Shown in pieces: positions 9,441-17,215 of a stretch of 64,000 bases of DNA. Origin of the DNA: a virus (Duplodnaviria > Caudoviricetes); IMG/VR virus record IMGVR_UViG_3300005719_000002, positions 11,485 to 75,484 of that record; one strand, 5' to 3'. The notes beneath the pieces are model-generated. The model saw nothing but the letters and a program-made list of their open reading frames with translations, was not told the DNA's origin and ran no database searches. Made by a program: the position numbers and the translations under genes. Numbering within the stretch: position 1 is the first letter of the stretch; the number at the start of each line of letters is the position of its first letter.

Positions 9441-10408
9441 TCAAAGGTCGTGTATCAGTACTCATCCCCAGCCGCAAGGAACGCTGGCTGAACCAGACCC
9501 TAGCCGATGTGTTCGGTAAAGCGGCTGGTGATGTCGAAGCGGTCGTGTGCCACGACGGAATTTGGCCGGACGAGTTACCGCCTGAAAACGCAAAGCTCAT
9601 CCAGTTTCATCCCGGCAGAAACGTCGGCATGAGAGCGGGAATCAACATGGCTGCGCGCATTGCTCAGGGTGAATACCTAATGAAACTTGACGGTCACTGT
9701 CAGTTGGGCGAAGGGTATGATGCGATTCTCAAGGCCGATTGTGCGCCGAATTGGGTGATGATTCCACGGCGGTATTCCATTGAGGTCGGCACACCTGAAG
9801 AACCGAAATGGGAACTGCGAACCGATAAGGTGGTTGATTATCACTACCTTTCCTACCCGTTTCTCCGCAAGAACGATATCGCCTGTGGGCTGCATGGGAA
9901 CATCTGGCATGAACGGCGCAAGAAGCGTCAGGATATTTTAGTGGATCGTGAAATGTCATCACAGGGGTCGTGCTACTTCGGCCACCGAGACTTCATGGAG
10001 AAGGCCATCTTTCCGCTGGATGACGAATCTTTCGGCACGTTTGCGAGCGAGATGCAGGAAGTTGGTTATCGGGCTTGTTCTAACGGCGGGCAGTTGATGG
10101 TCAATAAGAACACCTATTACGGCCATGTTCATAAGGGCAAAGCGTGGGGTACGGGGTATAAGTTCAACACGAAAGAATGGGAGAACTGGCAACGGCAGAA
10201 TAAGAAGGGTCACGACCACGCAATCATTCAGCTTCTCTCGAATCGACCGCTGGCCGAGAAGTTAATCAACGAGTTCTGGCCTGTACCCGAATGGCCGGAG
10301 AAAAACGGTGGGTGCAACTGGGGTAAAGTCTATGCAGACTTTGCCGAATGGAAAGCAGAAACCTACGGCAAGGAACCGCCGATGAGTTGGTTGGAAAAGG
10401 GGGCATGA
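9437..10408 (+). CDS. GT-A glycosyltransferase (GT2 clan), ppGalNAc-T-like
   Basis: SVLIPSRKE, GMRAGINMAARIAQGEYLMKLDGHC (DxH), GSCYF, GGQLMVNKNTYYGH. Confidence 0.85.
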   Translation: MIKGRVSVLIPSRKERWLNQTLADVFGKAAGDVEAVVCHDGIWPDELPPENAKLIQFHPGRNVGMRAGINMAARIAQGEYLMKLDGHCQLGEGYDAILKADCAPNWVMIPRRYSIEVGTPEEPKWELRTDKVVDYHYLSYPFLRKNDIACGLHGNIWHERRKKRQDILVDREMSSQGSCYFGHRDFMEKAIFPLDDESFGTFASEMQEVGYRACSNGGQLMVNKNTYYGHVHKGKAWGTGYKFNTKEWENWQRQNKKGHDHAIIQLLSNRPLAEKLINEFWPVPEWPEKNGGCNWGKVYADFAEWKAETYGKEPPMSWLEKGA

Positions 10409-10503
10409 TGATTATCTTCTGGATTTCCCTTGTAGTGGTGGCAATGGCAGTACTTATTTGGCTAGGCAGCAAAACAGCAAAGGAGCAAAATCGATGGCGT
10501 TAG
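10405..10503 (+). CDS. Small membrane peptide (32 aa)
   Basis: ATGA overlap; hydrophobic MMIIFWISLVVVAMAVLIWLG. Confidence 0.5.
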   Translation: MMIIFWISLVVVAMAVLIWLGSKTAKEQNRWR

Positions 10504-10766
10504 ACGAAGTAATCGACACAGAAGCAGTGGTGAAAAGTTTCTCACCGCGTCCGACAAAGCCGGTGACAATGGACTTTCCTGACGCGATGCGGGAGGTGAT
10601 CGCGGGGAAGAAGATCGCTAAGTTGGAGTGGGCGGAGAAGGGCGAGCCGGAGTGCTATGCATTGCTCAACGCCGGAATGCTGCAAATCTTTCGTGGGGCA
10701 AGTTTCCATGCGTGGAATGTCTCTGATGGGGATTTAGCGGGTGAGGATTACATTGTGGTCAAATGA
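10494..10766 (+). CDS. tad2: DUF2829 / Thoeris anti-defence Tad2-like protein
   Basis: MDFPDAMREVIAGKKIAKLEW...HAWNVSDGDLAGEDYIVV matches the DUF2829 pattern; SD AAGGAG supports the start at 10494. Confidence 0.7.
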   Translation: MALDEVIDTEAVVKSFSPRPTKPVTMDFPDAMREVIAGKKIAKLEWAEKGEPECYALLNAGMLQIFRGASFHAWNVSDGDLAGEDYIVVK

Positions 10767-11404
10767 ACCGCACCCTCCAATTCATCGCTGACAAGTTCGG
10801 CGTAGACCTGAACGCTCGGTGCCCTATCGCGCTGCCAATCAGCCGTCATGGGCTAGCCAAGTTGTTTGCTGACTTAGGATTCAAGCACATCGTGGAGATT
10901 GGTGTCGAGAAAGGACTGTACACAAAAGCCCTTGCCAAATTCAACCCGCAAGCAACCATCTACGCTATCGACGCTTGGCACCCGATCAAAGGCTATCGTG
11001 ACCACGTAAACCGAGACAAGCTCCAGAGGTTTTACGAGATCAGCAAGGAACGTCTCGCACCGTTTCCGAACGTGAAAATCATCCGGCAGCTTTCACTGGA
11101 TGCGGTGAGGGATTTTAACGACAAGTCACTGGATGCTGTTTATATCGATGCCGATCACTGTTTTCAGTCAGTTACAAATGACATCTGTGAGTGGGGTAAA
11201 AAAGTTAAAGCAGGTGGCATTGTTGCAGGTCACGACTTTGCCCACTTAAACAAAGGTAATGCCCTGATGCACGTTAAGTATGTCGTTGAGGGCTATACGC
11301 GCTGTTACGACATTTACCCGTGGTTTCTGACCAATACCGACGAGGAAGAACCGGAAGCGGACAGTCTTAAGACTAATCGAAGTTTCTTGTGGGTTAAGCA
11401 GTGA
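10763..11404 (+). CDS. Class I SAM-dependent methyltransferase (Methyltransf_24-like)
   Basis: IVEIGVEKG, AIDAW, LDAVYIDADH, GGIVAGHDF. Confidence 0.85.
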   Translation: MNRTLQFIADKFGVDLNARCPIALPISRHGLAKLFADLGFKHIVEIGVEKGLYTKALAKFNPQATIYAIDAWHPIKGYRDHVNRDKLQRFYEISKERLAPFPNVKIIRQLSLDAVRDFNDKSLDAVYIDADHCFQSVTNDICEWGKKVKAGGIVAGHDFAHLNKGNALMHVKYVVEGYTRCYDIYPWFLTNTDEEEPEADSLKTNRSFLWVKQ

Positions 11405-12036
11405 TTGTTGGAGTTCTTTACGTTACCTCGAACCGAGAGCGCCCTGAATTCGAGGAGAAGATAAAGGCCAGCCTGTTGACCGTTATTGGAGATCGACCCT
11501 TGGTGAGCGTATCACAACAACCGATAAATTTTGGTCGGAACATCTGCGTGGGTGACATTGGACACTCCTACTACAGCGCCTTCCGGCAAATGGTTGTTGG
11601 CGCAGAATCCATGACGGAGGACTATGTAGCCATTGCCGAGTCCGACCAGCTCTACCCACCCGACTATTTCACTTTTGAGCCAGCCGGAGAAGACCTGTAC
11701 CTGCATGACAGTGTGTATGTAATCAAATCCTTCAAACCCGACCAGTATCAGCAAAAGCGCTGGGGTGACTGGATTTCCGTGGTGAAGCGAGAGTATCTGA
11801 TTGCCTGCGCCAAAAGCTACCTTAGCAAAAAGAAGACGCGCGTGTCACTGTTTGGGCTTCATGGGTTGAAAGACGTGAAGCATTGGAAACACGGATTACC
11901 CGTGGTGAGCTTCAAGACGCGGCAGAATGTCAGTCTTAACACCGAGACATTAGTGGACACGGGCGAGGTAGAAGCGGTCGCAGAACTGCCTTACTGGGGT
12001 AAGGCTCGCGATCTGTTTAGGAAGTACGTGAAATGA
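11401..12036 (+). CDS. GT-A-like glycosyltransferase domain, paralog 1
   Basis: VSVSQQP...GRNICVG...DYVAIAESDQLYPPDYF; shared with 14125 and the C-half of 15104. Confidence 0.65.
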   Translation: MIVGVLYVTSNRERPEFEEKIKASLLTVIGDRPLVSVSQQPINFGRNICVGDIGHSYYSAFRQMVVGAESMTEDYVAIAESDQLYPPDYFTFEPAGEDLYLHDSVYVIKSFKPDQYQQKRWGDWISVVKREYLIACAKSYLSKKKTRVSLFGLHGLKDVKHWKHGLPVVSFKTRQNVSLNTETLVDTGEVEAVAELPYWGKARDLFRKYVK

Positions 12037-12707
12037 AGGTGTGCGTAATCAGCGCCTCGCTTGGTAACTACGATGTCGAACATCCGTGGGCAGAGCAAAT
12101 TGTTCCTGATGGCGTCGAAGTAGAAATCCACCGGCTCAACGATTCTAATTTCCCGCCACGCCATAAAGCCATGACGCCTGCGTTACAGTGCGGGATACCG
12201 AAATGGCACGGTTACGAAATGTTTCCTGGTTTCGACTGGTATCTCTGGATAGACGCGAGTTGCGCGCTCACCAGAGGCAACGAAGTGCATCTGTGGCTGT
12301 GTGAAGCCGATGCGTTCAACTTGGCAGGTTACTACGACATCGCACTGTTCAAACACCCTGAGCGGAAGACTATTCAGCAAGAGTATGAATTTATCAAGGA
12401 AAAGATGGCGACGGGCAACAAGTATCTCTGTTCGCGATATGAAGGTGAATGGCTAGACGAGCAATACGAGTACGTGGCTGATATCGCTTATTATCCAGCG
12501 TTCTATGCGTCTACTGCTTTCATCTACAACCCAACGCCGCTAATTCGCAACGCGTTCAAAGAGGTTGCGTGGCAAAAATACCGCTTCATGCTGCACGATC
12601 AACTTGCCCTTGCTTATGCACTTCGAGAACACGGGCATAGTATCAAGGTAATCAATCAGGATTATCAAAAGTCGGGGTTGATGGAGTTTGTGAGGAGTAA
12701 GAAGTAA
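12033..12707 (+). CDS. DUF616/MUCI70-TOD1-like glycosyltransferase
   Basis: SASLGNYD, YLWIDAS, FKHPERKTIQQE, DQLAL motifs. Confidence 0.65.
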   Translation: MKVCVISASLGNYDVEHPWAEQIVPDGVEVEIHRLNDSNFPPRHKAMTPALQCGIPKWHGYEMFPGFDWYLWIDASCALTRGNEVHLWLCEADAFNLAGYYDIALFKHPERKTIQQEYEFIKEKMATGNKYLCSRYEGEWLDEQYEYVADIAYYPAFYASTAFIYNPTPLIRNAFKEVAWQKYRFMLHDQLALAYALREHGHSIKVINQDYQKSGLMEFVRSKK

Positions 12708-12710
12708 CTC

Positions 12711-13913
12711 ATGCCCAATACCATCATCTTAGGAGCGGGCTTCAGTGGCCTTGCTACCGCGATCACGTCAGGTGGGACGGTCTATGAGGCAACGGATTCA
12801 CCGGGCGGTCTGGGTGCGTCCTACGAAATCAACGGTTTCCGCTTTGAGCGCGGCGGGGGGCACTGGTTGTTCGGCGGCGACCCGATGGTAACGGCGTTTA
12901 TCCAAGGACTCTGCGACATTAAGCGGTACGAGCGCAAGTCGTCCATTTATTTTCCCGATGAGGACAAGTTCTACCCCTACCCAATTCAGTCCACCCCTGA
13001 GTTCGCGAGCGTCATCAGTCAGGAGACAGGCGGTGAGTACGGTCAACCCATCGTGACCATAAAAGACGACTTGCGGCATCGGTTCGGCACGACCATGTGT
13101 GAGAAGTTTTTCTTTCCATTCAACGACCTCTATACCGCAGGACTCTACGACAAGGTTGCTCCGCAGGACGCTTACAAAAGTCCGCCGATTGGCAACAAGG
13201 GCTACAACGAGACGTTTATCTATCCGGTGCAGGGGTTGGGGCATTTGGCACGTCGCATGGCCGCACGGTGTGAGGTGAGGTTCAACAAGCGAGCAAAGTG
13301 GATTGATACCAGAGAGAAGATGGTTCATTTCGAGGATGATACCTGTCAAGGGTATGGCAAGTTAGTTTCCACGTTGCCGCTGAACCGCATGATGGTGATG
13401 ACAGGATTGCAACCAGACAATGACGCCAGCGATCCTGCTGTATCGGTTGCTGTGTATAACATCGCTGCTAAAAGAGGTAAAAACTGTCCTAGTGACCAAT
13501 GGGTTTACACGCCGAATAGTGATGCGGGTTTTCATCGAGTCGGGTTCTATAGCAACGTGGATAAGATACTTGCTCCGTTTGGCAAGCAAGACACCCATGT
13601 AAGTATGTACGTTGAATCTGCGCACAAATACGATCCGCACGCCAGCAATGGCTTAGTAAGTGAGTGGTCAAATGAAAGCGCCGTAATTTGGACGCTTCAG
13701 GAGTGGGGCTGGATAGAAGATACCGAGGTAGTAGATCGTACTGACGTAGAAATCGCCTACACCTACTGCCGACCGGAAAGCACATGGCGAGAGGATGCGA
13801 TTGCGTTGCTCAAGCAGCACGACATCACCTGTGTTGGGCGATTTGCCGAGTGGCGGTTTTGCGGAATCGTTGAGTCTATGCGGAGAGGGTTTGAAGCGGG
13901 GGTAAATTTATGA
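12711..13913 (+). CDS. FAD-dependent oxidoreductase, UDP-galactopyranose mutase/HemY-like
   Basis: IILGAGFSGL Rossmann motif, E...PGG, GGGHW, RVGFYSN, GRFAEW. Confidence 0.7.
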   Translation: MPNTIILGAGFSGLATAITSGGTVYEATDSPGGLGASYEINGFRFERGGGHWLFGGDPMVTAFIQGLCDIKRYERKSSIYFPDEDKFYPYPIQSTPEFASVISQETGGEYGQPIVTIKDDLRHRFGTTMCEKFFFPFNDLYTAGLYDKVAPQDAYKSPPIGNKGYNETFIYPVQGLGHLARRMAARCEVRFNKRAKWIDTREKMVHFEDDTCQGYGKLVSTLPLNRMMVMTGLQPDNDASDPAVSVAVYNIAAKRGKNCPSDQWVYTPNSDAGFHRVGFYSNVDKILAPFGKQDTHVSMYVESAHKYDPHASNGLVSEWSNESAVIWTLQEWGWIEDTEVVDRTDVEIAYTYCRPESTWREDAIALLKQHDITCVGRFAEWRFCGIVESMRRGFEAGVNL

Positions 13914-14134
13914 TTCCTATAATAGTACACATCAACGCTGGGCATGAATTTTGCGATGACGAAGAAAGGCGATGTCACTTTTACAAGTCTAGCGACATAT
14001 CGATGGCTTCTCAGTGTGATGCCCATTGCAAATTGTTCGCTGTGGACTTGCGAGAGGTGTTCAATGAGAGGGGTCAAATCCTGCACGCCAAACGCCACGA
14101 TTTGTGTGTCATCGCTGAAAAGTTATGTCCCTAG
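13910..14134 (+). CDS. Small hypothetical protein
   Basis: ATGA overlap with the upstream gene and overlap with the downstream start. Confidence 0.5.
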   Translation: MIPIIVHINAGHEFCDDEERRCHFYKSSDISMASQCDAHCKLFAVDLREVFNERGQILHAKRHDLCVIAEKLCP

Positions 14135-14820
14135 CTATCCTATTCTACAGTGCTAACCAAAAGCCCGAACCTTTCGCCTCCAAGGTGCGCGCATCTCTAC
14201 TCGACACAATAGGCGACCTGCCGCTCGTCTCCGTCACGCAAGGCGAATTAGACTTCGGCCAAAACATCAACGTCGGACAAATCGGTGCGTCCACCTACAA
14301 CTGCTACAAGCAAATTCTTATTGGGGCGCAAGCGGCCACCACGCGGTTCATCGCCTGTGCCGAGGACGACGTTCTCAGCCCTGTCGAACATTACCAGTTT
14401 CGCCCTCCCCGCGACGACACTTTCTACTACGATAAAAACCGCTGGTGGGTGGAGCTAAACGACCGGAAGCCTCGTTACCGCTGGCGCAACCGCACGGTAA
14501 TGTCCACCTGTGTCTGCAACCGTGAATTGTTCATCGAATGGGCAGAGAGGCTGTTTAAGAAGTTCCCCAAGGAACCGACTAGGGAGGGGATGACGGGCTG
14601 GGCGGAGCCGGGAAGGTACGAAACCTACCTCAAACTTCCGCAGGTAAAGATTAGCTTTTTCAGCAGTCAATACCCAATGCTGACGTTTAACACCAAGCCG
14701 TCTCTGGGTGGTGTTAGAAGGCCGCAGTCAACTGACACGACCTGTAACTACTTAGAACCTTGGGGATTCGCCAGTGACGTTTGGGAGAAATATATAGCCA
14801 GTGGGGCTGAAAGCGGCTAG
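14125..14820 (+). CDS. GT-A-like glycosyltransferase domain, paralog 2
   Basis: LVSVTQG...GQNINVG...FIACAEDDVLSPVEHYQFRPPRDD. Confidence 0.65.
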   Translation: MSLAILFYSANQKPEPFASKVRASLLDTIGDLPLVSVTQGELDFGQNINVGQIGASTYNCYKQILIGAQAATTRFIACAEDDVLSPVEHYQFRPPRDDTFYYDKNRWWVELNDRKPRYRWRNRTVMSTCVCNRELFIEWAERLFKKFPKEPTREGMTGWAEPGRYETYLKLPQVKISFFSSQYPMLTFNTKPSLGGVRRPQSTDTTCNYLEPWGFASDVWEKYIASGAESG

Positions 14821-14863
14821 AATGTCCTGACAACTGAATAGGCCACATCCCCAGAGGATCAAC

Positions 14864-14909
14864 CACCGTTTAGTTTCGAGTTATCGCAACTTGAAATTGG
14901 CGGTGTTTT
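14864..14909 (+). terminator. Long hairpin with U-tract, terminator-like
   Basis: CACCG/CGGTG outer stem, TTTCGAGTT/AACTTGAAA inner stem, then TTTT. Confidence 0.5.
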
Positions 14910-14925
14910 CATTTAGGAGGGGCTT

Positions 14926-15093
14926 ATGTTCATAACGCAATGTGTAGGCCGTCGCAAGCTGGAATGGCGGTTACAAGCCGACGGGAGTTACAGGGTAGAC
15001 ATTAAGCTGAAGGATACCCGATTAGCCACTCTGATCATCGACAAGGCCGAAGCGAGCAAACTGCGCGCTCGAATGGTGAAGCATTCGAAGTAG
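14926..15093 (+). CDS. Small basic protein (55 aa), absent from the ORF track
   Basis: SD AGGAGG; MFITQCVGRRKLEWRLQADG...KHSK. Confidence 0.55.
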   Translation: MFITQCVGRRKLEWRLQADGSYRVDIKLKDTRLATLIIDKAEASKLRARMVKHSK

Positions 15094-15103
15094 GAGGTAA
15101 CTT

Positions 15104-16810
15104 ATTCCTTACGACCTCTCGGTTTTGATCCCCGCTCGTAACGAGGAATTCCTCGCCCGTACCGTTGAAGGCGTTCTTGCTGCGCGGGAAGCAAAAACCC
15201 AAGTTTGCGTGATCGCGGACGGCGCTTGGCCTGACCCTCCGCTCCCTGTTCATCCTGACGTAACAATCATTCATCACTCGAAGTCTATTGGGCAACGGGC
15301 AGCTTGCAATGAAGGTGCGCGGCTGTCTGAAGCCAAGTACATAATGAAGCTGGATGCGCACTGCATCATGGATCAGGGATTTGACCGGAAGCTGATTGAG
15401 GACGCCCAGCCCGACTGGACGGTCATTCCCAGCCAGTACAACCTCTACGCCTTCGACCGTCTCTGCAAAGACTGTGGACACGAAGCCTACCAAGGCCCAA
15501 CGGTATGCGAGAAGTGCGGCTCGAAGAACGTGGAGAAAGTGATCGTGTGGCAACCGCGCGATGGGCGGGTAATTAACGGCAAGAACATGGGCAAGCGGCT
15601 TACCGAAGCGTGGGCGTTTGATCGCGAGTTGCACTTTCAGTATCACGGGGAAATAGCCGCAAGACAGCAAGGCGATCTAATTGAAACCATGTCGTTACTG
15701 GGAGCCTGCTGGTTTCTGGAACGAGAACGGTATTGGGAGTTGGGCGGCAGCGACGAGGAGCATGGCTCATGGGGACAGCAAGGCACGGAGATAGCCTGCA
15801 AGTCATGGCTGTCGGGTGGGAAGGTAATCGTTAACCGCAAGACATGGTTTGCCCATATGTTCCGCACTCAAGGCGGCGACTTCGGGTTTCCATACCCGAA
15901 CACTTCGGTTCACAAAGCGCGGGAACACTCCAAGTGGCTGTGGAAGGGCAACAACTGGCCGCTGGCTAAGTATCCCCTATCGTGGCTGGTGGAGAGGTTC
16001 ATGCCGCTGGGGTCGTGGTGGAGCCAGGAAGACCTTGACCAGCTTAAAGCGGTAGAGAAGGGTAAAGCGGTAGAGAAGGGCAAAGCGGTGGATGTCCGGC
16101 CTCCAACCAAGGGAATCGTCTACTACTCCCATAACCAGCTTGATCCGGTCGTCGCCCAGACCGCCAGAGACGTGCTCAAGCGCGCGGTTAACGGGCACAA
16201 GATTGTTTCAGTTACACTGGAGCCGGTAGACCTTGGGCTGAATGTCGTTCTCCGCGATAAGCAGAAGGGTTATCTAACCTATCTTGAGCAGATTCTCAAG
16301 GGACTACAGACATCGACAGCGGACTCCTGCTGGCTGGTTGAGCATGATTGCCTCTACCCACCTGAGCATTTTGCTTTCACCCCGCCACGAGATGATCGCT
16401 ATTACTACAACACCAATGTCGTGAAGGTGCGCTGTTCGGATGGTCACGTGCTGAAGTATTCCGGCTGCTTGCAGGTGTCGGGGATGTGTGCCAGCCGCCA
16501 ACTGCTCATCCAGCACTACGAGAAGCGCATTGCGCGGTTTCACGCAGACGGTGACAAGTATGATCGTCATATCGGGTACGAGCCGGGAATGCGCCCACCG
16601 CCACGAGGGATTGACGATTACGGATATGAGACGTGGACTTCCACAAAGCCGATTGTTGATTTGCGTGTCGAGGGAACAATGTCGAAGTCGAGGTGGACGA
16701 TTGACGAGTTTCGCAACAAGCCGAAAGAATGGTGGGAGGGTGATTATGTTGAGGGGTGGGGGCCGACCAAAGGCCGCGTATCGGAATTCCTTCAGGACTT
16801 GAGAGCATGA
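15104..16810 (+). CDS. Two-domain glycosyltransferase: ppGalNAc-T-like GT2 domain (Zn-ribbon insertion) plus GT-A-like paralog 3
   Basis: DLSVLIPARNE, KLDAHC, WELGGSDEEHGSWGQQGTE, GGKVIVNRKTWFAHMFR. Proposed start is the ATT 6 nt after GGAGG; the track start at 15125 truncates strand beta1. Confidence 0.85.
   Translation: MPYDLSVLIPARNEEFLARTVEGVLAAREAKTQVCVIADGAWPDPPLPVHPDVTIIHHSKSIGQRAACNEGARLSEAKYIMKLDAHCIMDQGFDRKLIEDAQPDWTVIPSQYNLYAFDRLCKDCGHEAYQGPTVCEKCGSKNVEKVIVWQPRDGRVINGKNMGKRLTEAWAFDRELHFQYHGEIAARQQGDLIETMSLLGACWFLERERYWELGGSDEEHGSWGQQGTEIACKSWLSGGKVIVNRKTWFAHMFRTQGGDFGFPYPNTSVHKAREHSKWLWKGNNWPLAKYPLSWLVERFMPLGSWWSQEDLDQLKAVEKGKAVEKGKAVDVRPPTKGIVYYSHNQLDPVVAQTARDVLKRAVNGHKIVSVTLEPVDLGLNVVLRDKQKGYLTYLEQILKGLQTSTADSCWLVEHDCLYPPEHFAFTPPRDDRYYYNTNVVKVRCSDGHVLKYSGCLQVSGMCASRQLLIQHYEKRIARFHADGDKYDRHIGYEPGMRPPPRGIDDYGYETWTSTKPIVDLRVEGTMSKSRWTIDEFRNKPKEWWEGDYVEGWGPTKGRVSEFLQDLRA
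16046..16089 (+). repeat. 18-nt tandem repeat (KAVEKG x2.4) at the GT domain junction
   Basis: AAAGCGGTAGAGAAGGG repeated. Confidence 0.9.
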
Positions 16811-17175
16811 ACGTCAACGAAAAAGCTGGTTGCACGATCAACGTGGTAATCAAGGATGAGAACAAGCAAGTGGTCATCCCTGATGCCTTTAACTACGCAT
16901 TGGCAGACAAGGACTCAGGAATAGTGCTCACTTCAGGTTCCAAGTCCCCGGCCAGTTCGGTAAATATCGCCATCACCCCCAATCAGAACCGTATTCTCGA
17001 TCAGGGCAAGCCAAGTGAAACCAGAGTCCTGACAGTGGTAGCGCCGTACGATGGAACCAACCAGGCAACCGGCGAGTACCAGTACAAAGTTGTTAATCTC
17101 AAAGGGGTAGATGCGAATACGTCCACTTCGCCGTCGGCTTCGGTGTCTCCTTCGGCAAGTCCGTCGGCTGGGTAG
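16807..17175 (+). CDS. Small beta-rich structural protein with C-terminal SPSAS tail
   Basis: ATGA overlap at 16807; ends [17 protein letters not shown]. Confidence 0.65.
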   Translation: MNVNEKAGCTINVVIKDENKQVVIPDAFNYALADKDSGIVLTSGSKSPASSVNIAITPNQNRILDQGKPSETRVLTVVAPYDGTNQATGEYQYKVVNLKGVDANTSTSPSASVSPSASPSAG

Positions 17176-17215
17176 CAATGCAATTACATCCTCAGACTGA
17201 AGGCGGACGATAACT

